Below are positions 13,330 to 25,639 of a stretch of 64,000 bases of DNA, in pieces. Source of the stretch: Antechinus flavipes (lineage: Eukaryota). A program made the translations under genes and the position numbers. Location: NCBI RefSeq assembly GCF_016432865.1, contig NC_067401.1:73098001-73162000 (forward strand). Direction: 5' to 3'. How positions within the stretch are numbered: position 1 is the stretch's first letter; each line of letters begins with the position of its first letter. Under the pieces are notes generated by a model. That model was not told the DNA's origin. It ran no database searches and saw nothing but the letters and a program-made list of their open reading frames with translations.

Positions 13330-13545
13330 GGGCAGCTAAATGAATAAGAGCACCAAGCTTGCATCAGGAACACCTGAGTTCAATTCTGGCCTCAGACACT
13401 TACTGGCTGTGTGATCCTGGGAAAGTCCCTTAATTCTGCTTGCCTCAGTTTTCTCATCTATAAAATGAACCAGAGCAGAAAATGGCGAATCACTCCAGTA
13501 TCTCTGCCAAGAAAACCCTTTCTCAGAAATGTACAGGATCATAAA
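13330..13545 (+). mobile_element. MAR1-type CORE-SINE (near full length)
   Basis: GGGCAGCTA head, CORE sequence GCCTCAGTTTTCTCATCTATAAAATG, tail ATGGCGAATCACTCCAGTATCTCTGCCAAGAAAACCC. Confidence 0.85.
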
Positions 13546-15709
13546 ATAATAGAATCATAGAATTTAAATCTTGAAATGATCTTAGAGATCTTCTAGTGAT
13601 GTTACTGGTGATATAGTTAATGTCATTTCTCAAGCACAACAGGTCATCATTATTACTGAATGGGAGAGTCATATCTGGTTGCTGCTACTTACTCAAAATG
13701 AGACCTTCAAGCAAATCTCTTCATTTCCTCTGGCCTCGGTTTTCTCATCTGTAAAGTGAGATTTGAATTAGATAAACTCTAATATGCCTCCTCGTTCCAT
13801 TTATGATTCTGTGTGAGATTCATCACATATCTTTCCATTGTCTTCTTGAGATTTTTATTTTTCTGAGATGGTGTTGTTGCATGATGTGCAGTTGTGTAGG
13901 ATTTCTAGGAAAATATTGATGCTAAAAACATGAGTTTTTGTGGAGGAGAGATGGATAGAGGAATTTACAACGCCTGAAAGAACCACTGTGAAACTGACCA
14001 GATTTGATCTAGCCCAGTCTCCCATTTTTGTCCCTATTTGTAGCACCTGACCAAGATAACTGATGTCATTTAATACTAGTTGACTGACTCATTGGACTGT
14101 CTATCCAAATACATGTCTGAATCAAAACAGTAAGGGATTTTTATCTTGTTTGATTTTCCAGTGTGAATAGTAAGATAGTTCTACATACATCTTAGTAATT
14201 CTGCATTTTAGAGCAAAAAGTTAAGTAGAATGATAGCATACTATACTTTTATGTAATTAAACCATTGGGTAATTAAAACATTTTCTATTTTGAAAGAGAG
14301 ATGTGTATTCATCTTTTTGTATATTTGTACTCATAAATATTTGGTAAATTATCCAATTTTTGTAAATTACCCAATGTTTGAGGTTTTAAAAAATCAATTT
14401 TACTGTCGAAGAAATATGCTGGGCATCGTCCCATTTTAAGGTCTTTACTTAAGAAACCTCCTTTGAAGTGAGGGAGAGGAGGAGTTCCAGGAAGTCACAT
14501 GGTCTGTACCTCAGCCTGAGACACATAAGAAATTTCTTTGAACTACTCAACCTTGTTAACTATGTCCTCAGTGCAACTCTTTTATCACTCAGCAATGTAA
14601 TCTTGTCCAGAGACCCTGCACTGATTGGAAAATGCTTTGAAGATAGAAAGAAATGATACCCAGGTCTCCTGATAGAGTCCTTGGACTGCTGTTCAGATGC
14701 AGATGAAACTCTGCTTTGGATGAATGCAATAAGGCTGGCATGTTTGCAATGTTCCTAAAATATGGGTAGCAATAAGGAGAAAAAAAGAAAAAGAAAAGAA
14801 AAAAACAAAAAAAAAAAAACTACATCTCAGATTTCATATTGTGTCTAGAATCAAACTTCTATATTTTTTCTTCTTAAACATTTTTTTTTTTAAAGAAAGT
14901 TTTCTGACTCTGTTCAAAGCCTTTGATAAAGTGGATGAATGCTAAGCCTTACTTAAGTTTACATTCAAAAAAGTTTAATGACTTTGGCTAGTGTTTCGGA
15001 AAATAAAGTATGTGAGGTGAAATCCAGGGCCTGGTAAGGTAAGGGGGAACGCCCTTGCTTTCTGTACTGCCCTAGCTTGCAGTACTTGGAGAAGGAGAAA
15101 TGTTTATCTAGTACTCACTAGTTAGGACATTTAAACTTTTATTGTTGCTCTTACATTTTATCCTAATTATAGCCTGAGGTTCAATTACCCACAGAAGGAA
15201 AGAGCCCTAATCAGCTTCCCCAAGTCCCTTCTACAGCCTGAAATTTCTCATTTCTTACAGGACTATTTGGATTCTACATCTCAGAGAGGTTGGAAGGCAG
15301 AGGATCTGGATTTGAGTATCAGCTCTCGCATTTTCTACCTGTGTGATATGAGACTTTTGGGTCTCAGTTTTTTTAGCTATAAAATGAAGGGGGTTGGTCT
15401 TGATCAGATGAAAAAAGACTTTTTAGCTATAACTCTGTGATCTATTTGCCATGTGTAGTTAATCTAACTATTCCAAGACTCCCAGATTGTAAGGAAATAG
15501 AAATCATATCTATCTCTACAGAGGGAATAGGATCCCTCAGCTTCTTGTTTCTTTGTTTTTATCTACCCCAACTACACATTATATGCTAATTACTTAAATA
15601 ACTGTTAGGTTAAACTCTTCTTTTCTCTCCAATTCTAGGGGTTTGGGACTTTTTTTCAGGACAGATGGATTTTGGACCTGAACAGAATAAACGATCAATG
15701 AGCACAAAA

Positions 15710-15737
15710 GCTGTTCTGTTAAATGTTTAATAAGTAG

Positions 15738-15777
<40 letters not shown>

Positions 15778-15945
15778 TATTTGTAACACACTTTTAACAT
15801 TTCAACGTTTTCTCCATCACTTTCTTAAGTCTAGATAACCAGAAAAACGATAGTTCAAATCCAGATTTGTAGTATTTACTGATTTCACTGCAAATTTAAC
15901 AATCAGTTCTTGGGAAACAAGTCCAGCTGGCTCCAGTACACAAGT
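15710..15945 (-). mobile_element. Non-autonomous hAT-Tip100 (Zaphod-like) DNA transposon with an internal (AC)16 microsatellite
   Basis: Both ends and the interior (TTTTCTCCATCACTTTCTTAAGTCTAGA; GATTTGTAGTATTT; TTTAACAATCAGTTCT...AGCTGGCTCCAGTACAC) match the reverse complement of the Zaphod consensus as I recall it. (AC)n at 15741-15772. Confidence 0.6.
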
Positions 15946-16177
15946 AGCAAAGAAATACTCACTAGTTGTGCATCTCAGTAATTTCCATGGACCATAGACC
16001 AACAAAACAATAGTTCAAGCTCAAATTTGTAGCATTTACTGATTTCAAGGTCTAAATGCTCTTACTGAGAACTTAACAATCAGTTTTTGGGAAGCAGATC
16101 CAGCTGGCTCCAATACACACATAGCAAGGAAGTATAGCACTGACTGGTTTTGCATCCCAGTGACATCCATGGGCCAT
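15832..16177. repeat. Two-unit tandem duplication (units 15832-15995 and 15996-16177)
   Basis: Shared blocks: ATAGTTCAA; ATTTGTAG(T/C)ATTTACTGATTTCA; TTAACAATCAGTT; CCAGCTGGCTCCA(G/A)TACACA; TAGCAA(A/G)GAA; TGCATC(T/C)CAGT; CCATGG(A/G)CCAT. Unit 2 has about 20 extra bp. Confidence 0.9.
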
Positions 16178-17295
16178 CACATTCTTAGCAATTAAGAAAT
16201 GTTCCTCAAAGTTACAAAAATGCCTCAGCTCTCATTCTCACATATTCTCACCCCAGTCTAGTGTTTATTCCACATTACATTAGACAGACAATGTGGAGAA
16301 TAGTAACTGGGCCCTGGCTGATTTTATCCAGAACCTTTTTCTTGACTAGTCATCAGCACTACCTGCCAGGGAGCCCATTTTCAGCGACCAAATCTTTTGC
16401 ACATCATTTAAATCCTGCAGTTCCTCTGATAACACAATTATGTGTTAGTGTAATTCTCCAAATTCTTTCAGTGCATTTCCTACTGCTCAATGACTCATGC
16501 CTTGATATTTCTCTGAATTTCTGTGATGTGCTCCTGGGGTCCTGTAAGTCGTCACAATGATGGTGTTGATTCCAGGACTGGCTTTAAGCTTCATGCTATG
16601 TCCAGGGAAAGGAAACCCCTTTATATATATTGGCCTTGGGCTGACCCATTGTGAAACAATAATAAAGGAGCTTTATCATTCATTATCATACCGTTAGAGA
16701 AGATAAACACACTGTGTTACGTTTAAAGAAAAACATTCTAAAGATTAGTCTTTAGGAAGCTAGTTTGAATAAACATAAATACATAAACATGCATGTAGAT
16801 TTTCTATTTTCTGCATATATGTATTATTAGAGCTATATAGGTATATATGTACACACAGATATGTGTATATTTGTACATATATTGTATATATGTGTATGTA
16901 TATGTATTATGTATATGCATTTATATGTGCTTTCAGTTCCTTGTATCTTAAAAAAATAGTTTTGCTTTTTCTTATAATTTATACATGTGATAAAGAAGGA
17001 AACCAAGCATATATTAAGCACCTACTATGTGCCAGGCATTTTGCTTTATAAATATTATCTCATTTCATCTTCACAATAACTCTGAAAAGGAAGTGCTATT
17101 TTTGTCCCTATTTTATAGATGATAAAACTGAGATAGAAAGAGTTTAAGGATTAGAGCCCAGGATCATCTAGCAGATAAGTCTCTGAGACTGAATTTGAAC
17201 TCATGTTCTCCTGATTACAGGCTCAGTGCTATCTAGCCACCACACTACCTAGCTGCTTCTAGGGAAATCTATTAAGAGAAGATGTGGAACTAGAA

Positions 17296-17773
17296 CAGAG
17301 GTTCTTAACTTTTTTTGTGTCAGTCTGGACCCTTTTGGCAGTCTAGGAAAACCTCTGGGTCCCCTTAGAAGTAGCTGGTAAGCAGTGAATGGAGGACCGG
17401 TCCTGGAAGAAAACCTGAATTTAAACTCAGCTTGTTAGCTATGTGACCCATAGCTAGCAAGTCAATTAACTTCTGTCTGCCTCAGTTTCCACAACCATAA
17501 AATGAGGATAATAATAGTACTTACTTCCCAGATTGTCATGAAGGTCAAATATTTGAAAGAGTATAGAAGAATGCTTGACACATAATAGATGCTTAATAAA
17601 TGCATATTTCTTTCTCATAATAATAGTTTTAAATGAATAAAATAAAATAAAAGGATTACAAAAGAAACCAAAAATTAATGAAAACAAAGATACTATTTAT
17701 TTTCCCATCAAGAGTTTAAAACCCCTGAAATCTATAATCTATGGATCCCCTAGAACCTCAAATTAAGAACTGG
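17296..17773 (+). mobile_element. hAT-Charlie (Charlie4-like) non-autonomous element with a nested MIR-type SINE (about 17375-17612)
   Basis: Left end CAGAGGTTCTTAACTTTTTTTGTGTC...GGACCCTTTTGGCAGTCT. Resumes after the SINE with TTCTCATAATAATAGTTTTAAATG...GGATTACAAAAGAAACCAA and ends TTAAGAAC. Confidence 0.7.
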
Positions 17774-17934
17774 ATTGGAAGAGCTTTAATATCTCTTTTA
17801 ACTCTAATAGTTTGTGATATCCTCCTGCCTCTTGGTATCCCTCCAAAAATTATTCTTCAGAGAATGGCAGGCTCTATTCTGATTTTTGTCTCTGTATCCT
17901 CAGCACCTGGCAGGATGCTTAACATATTTGTGTG

Positions 17935-18150
17935 GTTGTTTGTGGTTCACTTGTGTCAATTGTGTCCAACTCTTCATGACCCTAATTGGAGCTTTCTTGG
18001 CAGAAATATTGGAATGGTTTGCTATTCCTCCTCTGGCTCATTTTACAGATGAGGAACCTGAGGCAAACAGGGTTAAATTACTTGTTTAGGTTCACACAGC
18101 TAGTAAGTGTCTGAAGCTAGACTCGATACCACTGAACCAGCTAGTGATAG
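17935..18150 (-). mobile_element. MAR1-type CORE-SINE
   Basis: Antisense tail TTCATGACCCTAATTGGAGCTTTCTTGGCAGAAATATTGGAATGGTTTGCTATT plus CORE sequence CATTTTACAGATGAGGAACCTGAGGC. Confidence 0.8.
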
Positions 18151-18399
18151 CTTATAGTAGCTTCTTAATAAATGCTTATTGACTGATTGATTGATCCTAT
18201 TTGTCCCTTGGAGACATTGCAGTACAGAGGAAAGAGTGCTAAATTTGGAGTTGAATAGTCTACAGTCAAATCTCAGATCTACCACTTAATAACTGTTTGA
18301 CTTTGGGCAAATTATTTAACTTCTCCATGGACTCAGTTTTTTCATCTATAAAATCAGGTTAGACTGGATCACTTTTAATCTCTTCCTTTCCACCTCTAA

Positions 18400-18436
18400 A
18401 TGTGTGTGTGTGTGTGTGTATGTGAAAAAAAGAGAG

Positions 18437-18482
<46 letters not shown>

Positions 18483-18680
18483 GGAAAGAGAAGAGAAGGA
18501 GAGAAGGAAAGGGAAGAGGAAGAGAGAGGGAGGGAGGAAGGAAGGAAAGGAAGAAGAGAGATATACAGATGAAGAGACAGAGACAGAGAAAAACACAGAG
18601 GCAGAGAGACAGAGATCGGGAGAGGAGAAAGACAGAGAGACGGAGAGACAGAGATGGAGAGGCAGAGAGAGACAGAGAAA
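18400..18680. repeat. Compound microsatellite: (GT)n, then (GA)n and a degenerate polypurine tract
   Basis: Directly visible. It explains the overlapping low-complexity ORFs at 18346-18736. Confidence 0.97.
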
Positions 18681-19387
18681 TGTCCACTTCCAAAGGTCTT
18701 TTTCAGTTCTGCCAAATGACTGCTGAGAATCAGTAGGAGGAGCTTGGGCAGCTTGTCAAATTGAGGAAGAGGTATCAGGGTCTGCTTATTCTACTATCTT
18801 TCTTTCTGTGAAATAGTCTAACAAATCACTCCCTTTTGCCAGTTGAGGAAAAAAGGAATGCATCACGTAGCAGACAGAAAATTGGATTATAGATTGCAAA
18901 AGTGAATCTGGGTGGGAGGAAAGGGACTCTGAACATTCCTTCATAGGAGTCTGTTTTATCCTCGTTCTTATTCTCTTTTTAACTGTTACTTCCCTGACAA
19001 TTTCAGATGAGAATCTTTCTGATGTATTATAAAGTGCTTTAAAACCTTACAGTACTATATAAATGTTAATTATTTTTCTCCTCCTTTTCCTCTTCCCCCT
19101 CTTCTTTCTTCTTAATACTGCTATCATGTATTATCAAATATTCATGTCTGGCCCCATCATTGCGATCAGAACAATCCTGATCATCTGAAGGTAATAAGAT
19201 GCAGATCAATTTGCGAAGAAAAATTCTTTCGCAGCTTTTAAACTTTGATCATTGTAATTAAATAAGTAATTATAATAATGAAGATATCTTTTTTAAAGAT
19301 TATTTTAAACTTTACAAAGTACTTTATATACATTATCTCATTTGGTCCCCATGACAATCCTACTAGAAGAAATTTTTAGTCAAGTAA

Positions 19388-19808
19388 TTTTTTTTGCCTA
19401 AAAAACTTAACAATTTATTTATTTTTATATTCTTTTTCTTTTTTAAAATAATAGTTTTTTATTTTCAAAATATATGCAAAGATAGTTTTCAACCTTCACC
19501 TTTGCAAAATCTTGTGTTCCAAATTTTCCTCCCTCTAATTTCCTTCTCCTCTCTGGACAGCAAGTAATCCAATATAGGTCAAACACATGCAATTCTTCTA
19601 AATATGTTTCCATATTTATCATGCTGCATATGAAAAATCAGACCAAAAGGGGGAAAAATGAGAAAGAAAAAAACAAACAAACAACAACAACAAAAAAGAT
19701 GAAAATAAATGCTCTGTTGTGATCCACATTCAATCTCCATAGTCTTCTGTCTAGATGGAGATGGTACTCTCCATCACAAATTCATTGAAATTGACCTGAA
19801 TCTCCTCA
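19388..19808 (-). mobile_element. 5'-truncated L1 (3' UTR only) with target-site duplication
   Basis: T-rich tail on the left and a marsupial L1 3'UTR body (GCAAAATCTTGTGTTCCAAATTTT...GCAAGTAATCCAATATAGG...). AGTCAAGTAA occurs on both sides (19378-19387 and 19809-19818). Confidence 0.85.
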
Positions 19809-19819
19809 AGTCAAGTAAC

Positions 19820-20345
19820 TTTTTCTAAGCATCTGTTATGTGTCAGGCGCTGTACTAAGAACTAGAAGGGTAATTAGAAGTGTCTATCTTAAGAAACTCA
19901 TAATCTAATGAGATAAAATGCAAACAACTATGTTCAAACAAAATATATACATGACAAATTGGAAATAATCAATAGAGGGAAGGTACTAGCATCAAGGGAA
20001 ATTGGAAAAGGCTTCTTGCAAAAGGTGGAATTTTTCATGAGTTCAGATTGGGATATATTGAGTTTAAGGTGTCTATAGGTCATTCAGTTTGAGATGTCTA
20101 ATAAGTAGTTGGAGATGTGAGACTGGAAGCCAAGTGAGAGATTAAGACCAGACAAATAGACCCAAAAGTCATCTGCATAGACACTATCATTAAAACCATA
20201 GGAATTGATGAGCAACTCAAGCAAAATAGTTCATAGACAGAAGGAAGTCCAAAATAGAGCCTTGGGGGAGGCCACATTTAATGGGCAAGGATAAAGATCC
20301 AGCAAAGAAGAGTGAAAAGGAGCATTTGAGGAGATTGGAGGAGAA
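19820..20345 (-). mobile_element. L2 fragment
   Basis: Antisense L2 3' end (TAAGCATCTGTTATGTGTCAGGCGCTGTACTAAG) followed by a purine-rich body (TTGGAGATGTGAGACTGGAAG...GGAATTGATGAG). Confidence 0.75.
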
Positions 20346-20660
20346 CCTATTTTTCTAGGTGTGTCAGATGGTACTGGAGGAGAAAGTGAAGCTGCTGACT
20401 TCGCACAACCCACTCTCACTTAAATATAACTCACTTGCATGCCATGGCACCACCTTTCTGATGTCATGGTCCTCTTGGAGAATGAAGAGCAAACAACAAC
20501 AACAATTAGCTGGGCAACTCTGGGAAATCTCTTAACCTTGTTTACCTCAGTTTCCTCATCTGTAAAATGAGCTGGAGAAGGAAATGGCAAACTACTCCAG
20601 TATTTTTGCCAAGAAAACCCCAAATAGGGTCATGAAAAGTAGGACATGGCTGAATAACAT
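20345..20660 (+). mobile_element. WALLSI-like SINE fragment directly followed by a MAR1-type SINE 3' half
   Basis: GGAGGAGAAAGTGAAGCTG...GATGTCATGGTCCTCTTGGAGAATGAAG...(CAA)n, then CCTCAGTTTCCTCATCTGTAAAATGAGCTGGAGAAGGAAATGGCAAACTACTCCAGTA...GGGTCATGAA. Confidence 0.75.
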
Positions 20661-22329
20661 AAGGGCAACAACGGACAATGGCAGAGGAGTAATCTGCAGG
20701 AAAAGACAAGATGGAATGGGATCATTGGTGCATGTAGAGTTAGTATTGCAATAAGATGAGGTAAAGAAATATAAAGAAATTAGGAGCTTGAGAAGTGTTA
20801 GAGAGAGGGAAGAAATACTCTTTGAACCCAGATCTTCCTTACTCTGAGACAGCTTTATTTATTCATTGCTCCACCCTCTTTGGCAAAATTTTAATACATA
20901 ATGATGAAGATGAAGATGAGGATGAGAATGATATTGATGATGATAGCTAGCATTTAAGGTTTAATAGTTTACAAAGTGCCATATATATGTTATCTCTTGT
21001 CTTCCTCACAACAACCTGTGAAGTAGATGCTATTATCATCTATCATCCCATAAGAAACTTAAATCTTGAGATGCGAAATGACTTGTTCAGGGTCAAATAG
21101 TTAAGTTTCAGAAAAAGGTGAATTCATATTTTACAGATTTCAATTCAAGATCATCCCTGTATGCAGTAAGAGGGGAGACCTCAGTCCATTGCCAAAACAG
21201 AGTTTATAATTAGCTGGACTGAATAGAGATGGGTTTAGATGAGGGGGTGGTTTTTTAAGCACCCACTCTTTCATTGCAAATGTAACATGAACTCAGCATT
21301 CAGAGCCATTTCTGTTTTTCTGAACAAAAGTGCAGTCTCAGGTTCTGAAGGAACTCCAAGGAGGTATCATGAACATCAGCACATCTGTTCTGCGCTCCCG
21401 ACACAGACACAGTCCAAGGCCGATGTTTTAGGCTCCTTGTGTTGACAATGCTCTGACCCAGCCCAAGTTTACTGACTATTGGGACTGGTGGAGAAACCAC
21501 CTTCACATAGTAATTAAAATGTGGCTGTTTATAGGGTTCAAAATACTTTTAATTTGAGTGTTCCCTGAGGCTCTCCTAAGGGTATTATTTTAATAAATTC
21601 AGTAAGTCATTAAGACACCTTTAATTTTAACCTTCATTAAATTAATTTCTAATTGATTTTTTAAAACATCTTGAGAAACGTTTTTTCCACAAAGATGATC
21701 CTGAAACATCCAGTGGCCACATAGGATAAGTGGAAAAATTGCGGAATCAGGATTCAGAAGACCTGCATTCAATTGCAGATTCTGGCCCTACTTGTTTGCA
21801 CTAACACTTGTGCTAACTGGCTATTCAGACAACAGACTACCCACCTAACCTCTTCAGCTTAAGTTCCTTGGTCTATAAAATGAAGGAGTTGCTCTCTTAA
21901 GGTCCCTTCCAGCTTCAACATTCCACATACATTCCATGAGTTTTGGGGGATGGGCTCAGAACAGCTAATACACCTTTCAGAACCCATCAATCCATATAGG
22001 GATGTCATTGGTCCTTCTGGACATTACAAGATTTATTGTATGACTTTGTTGTTTATCTAGAAGAATTTGATGAGTACGTGCAAGTAAGTGGTGGAAATTT
22101 TCTTAACTGGCTCTAATGGAGTTAGATTTGGAGGTGGGGGAAGGGAACAGAGTCAGATATTTGGGGAAGAGTGTTTTTCTTTGGTCCATTTGTATAAATT
22201 ATCCAGAACCACAGGGCCTGAGGGGATAAGTGTTTTCTTCTTGTAGAAGTTATCTCTCATAGACATTGTCAGCCACTTAGCTATAACCAATTAGTCTCAC
22301 CATTATTCTGTCACTTTTTTGAGTCAGCA

Positions 22330-22860
22330 AAGATAGGGAATCCGATGAAGGAAAGTCTCTAGCAGAAGGTCATCTGGGGCTCAACCTTTGGCCATATTTT
22401 GTTCAACATTTTTTAAAGCAATAATTTGTATGGAATAGGTTTATAAAATCTTACAGAGAAGGATGAGAGACTATTATGAATATAGCAGAGAGAGAGACAT
22501 TGTAGGGTAAAACCAGTTTAAAGAAAACTTGGCAAGAGATCAGAATAATCAGTCATCCCAAGGGCATTTGAGGATGAAAATGGAATGTGAACAACAAATA
22601 AATAGAAGAAAAAAATAGAAAAGATCTGCAAATCTTACTATAACAAACTTTTTTCACCATCAAGAACAGGGGAGCTACCAGATGTGAACCCAATGTCCTA
22701 CTGCGATCAGAGGTCTGAATGCAAAGAGGCAAATCTGACTTTAGATGTCATTGAGACTTGGTTAGATAATCATGAATGGACTGTAGCTGTGACTGAATGG
22801 ATAGGTAAAAGAGTTCTAAGTTGAGGAAGGCTTCCCTGTGGATGGTGAGTGCTCACAACA
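22330..22860 (+). mobile_element. L3/CR1 fragments
   Basis: RT-region remnant (GGGCTCAACCTTTGGCCATATTTTGTTCAACATTTTT) and degenerate 3' parts. Confidence 0.5.
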
Positions 22861-23279
22861 CTTCTATTTGTGGATGTCCTTATGCTGGAGCCATCAAGCT
22901 TTGGAATCTGTAACTACTCTTCAAAGTGTTAAAAAATCTGATCATTCCCATTCCCAAGTAGATGAAAGTTTTCTATTGCCCAAATTTTAACATGTATTTG
23001 GTTGGAAACCTACTGAGTTCGTCCTTCAGTGTTTCTATCTGGGAGGCAGTACAGAAGAATGAGTAAGGCCAATAATTTTAATGGGGGGCAGAGCAGGCTG
23101 AGAAGACTGAGCCACCTGAGCAGGTTCAATTGCCCTCAGGAAATTGCAAATCTCTTTTAATTACTCCAAGCTTCTCAATAAAAAAAAAAAAAAGCCTATC
23201 TTTTAAATAAATGATATTCTTCCACTGTTGCTTGCTGGCACTGAGAAATGTAATGCAACAATCTTCAAAGAATTAAAAG

Positions 23280-23550
23280 GGATGTTATTACCCTGAGGGC
23301 AATGGAGAGGTACAGGATGGGCTTTAGTAAGTTGCAACTTGTAGTCAATGAGGAACTTCAAATAAAGTAAAAGATGTCAAGGAAATGCATGATAGGAAGA
23401 GAAGATGGTTATGAAGAAGTTAAGAGTGGGACAAATGAGAGGGATCAGTATGGTGAGGAGATTCAAAACTACCATATAAGATCATTTACAAGAACTAGAG
23501 ATGTTTAGCTTAAGGAAGAGAAGGTCATAATAGCTATCTGCAAATATTTT
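23280..23550 (+). mobile_element. L3/CR1 fragment
   Basis: ACTAGAGATGTTTAGCTTAAGGAAGAGAAG...ATAGCTATCTGCAAATAT is typical of the late L3 ORF2. A matching 3' end lies at about 24140-24300. Confidence 0.6.
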
Positions 23551-23813
23551 TTCTAGTTCAATTCACACATTTATTAATTTCCCAATTACATTCAAAACAA
23601 TGTTTTTACATTTGTTTTTAAAATTTTTAATTTATACATTCTCTCTTTTATTCAAAACCACATATGAAGTTATATAAAACATTTCCATAAAAGTCAATTT
23701 GAATTCACACATTTATTAAGTACCTCCTATGTGCAAAACATTGGGAAAGACATTATTCCTAACTTCATGGAGCTTACAATCTACTATGAGTATGACAACA
23801 TACACACACACAT

Positions 23814-23848
<35 letters not shown>

Positions 23849-25639
23849 TACCCCCCATACACTCTGTGTGTGTTTATACACACACATATAAATCTCTATG
23901 CATATTATGAACAGATTCTTTAATATTATAGGATCTGTGGCTTCCATTCAATTTACCTCTGCAATATTTAAGAGTTCTCTTAAATGGTAGAGGAACACCA
24001 AATAGGCAATTCTTGAGGAAACTGTCCAAGCTATATAAAGCTATATGAAAAAAAAAAGTTTCCGATCACTAATAATTAGAGAAATGCAAACTAAAGCAAG
24101 TTTGAGGTCTATCTTATACTCATCATATTGGCAAAGCAAGGAAAATGAAATGACCTCCTTGGAAAGATGGTGAGTTCCCTATTCCTGGAGATTTTCAGTA
24201 GATGTTGTAAAATCACTTGTCAAGTATATTGTGAAGAAGAATTCATGATTTGGGAGGGAGATGAACTCAAAGATCACTTCTAATTCTGAGATTCAATGAA
24301 AAATAGAAAGTATCAGTTTTTTTTTTCATCTCCTACAATCATTCGATGAACAAATCCCAAAATGTTCTTATTCAGGCTTAAGAATTTAAGTTTATTCTGA
24401 AACGGTAAGCCACAGAAATCATAAAGATGGCTTTATGATTTTGACGTTTATTCAAAGAACTGGCCCCAAATCCAAGTCTAGTTTCCTCACTGAGCAACTC
24501 TCTAGGGAGGATAATCTCAGGACAGTCTAGGCTATGTCATCAGGCCCAAACAATGAATAATTATCCAATATAAATTTTATTTTCAATTTCTTTGCAACAT
24601 TATTGTCCCCTCTGCTTATTTATCTCCTCTGTAAGAGTACTTCCTAAGAACAGATCCTTATCTTATCTAAAATCAGGTTCTTATCTTGTTTGTCTTTGTA
24701 TATATCTAAATGCCTTATTGCTTACTGTTTGTGGAATGAATACATCCCTGTTTCTATATTTTGAAATTCACTCATGCTTCACACATACATCTCTAATGGT
24801 TGCCCAAGTCATGATTTTGTAAGTCCCAGCTTACTTGCCAGCTGTTAACCAATTGCCTTACATATAATTACAATTTACTATCTAAATTGTCTTTTATGTG
24901 CCTTGTAACATCTCTGAGGTAGTGTAGAGTGATCAGTGGTATCACTTGGAGAGGGATTTAGACACAAAAGTAGAGCGAAATTCCTAAAACAAGCAAATCA
25001 ATGGTAAAAAGAGAATTAGGACTCAAAAAAGTTGTTGACTTCCATAATGCATAGTTTCAGGGTCCTGAAAAATCAGCACAAAAGTTTATAACAAATGTAT
25101 TGAATTAATGGAAAACAATTCATCTTAGTAGATTATGTGTTCCTTATGGATATTCTTTTGTTTTTGTATGTTTTTAAAAAAGCAAAATCCATTTTAAAAT
25201 ATGTATAGTAGAGGAAAACAAATTCCCACATTAGCCAAACCAAAACAAGTAAACAAAAATATGCTTTGTGGGAAATGAAATTAGTTTGCTAAACACCTTG
25301 ATTTTCTTCAGCTCCCTTATTAAACTAGAGAGGCCAAAATAAACTGGGAATCAGAATTAGCCAATCAGGAAGTGGAATGATTGTTCTCAACTTTGACATA
25401 CCAGTGGTCCTTTGTGATGGCCATTGGCTGAACCTGGAACACCTCTGCTATTCCAGCAACAAAACTGGTCCATATAGGCCCCAAATGGTCAGAACTTATA
25501 CAACAATTCTGCTTCTGGTCACTCTGCATTTCTTTATTTTCCCCCAAATCCCTTTGTTATAAAACCATATGAACAACTTTTAAAATAAAGTCCAATTTTT
25601 GGAGCAGTCTAAACTAGTCTATAATAAATGCTTTTAGGT

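Noticed and set aside
18346-18736. Five ORFs of 66-118 aa (ER/RE-rich and LS-rich)
   Set aside because: Translations of the (GT)n/(GA)n compound microsatellite.
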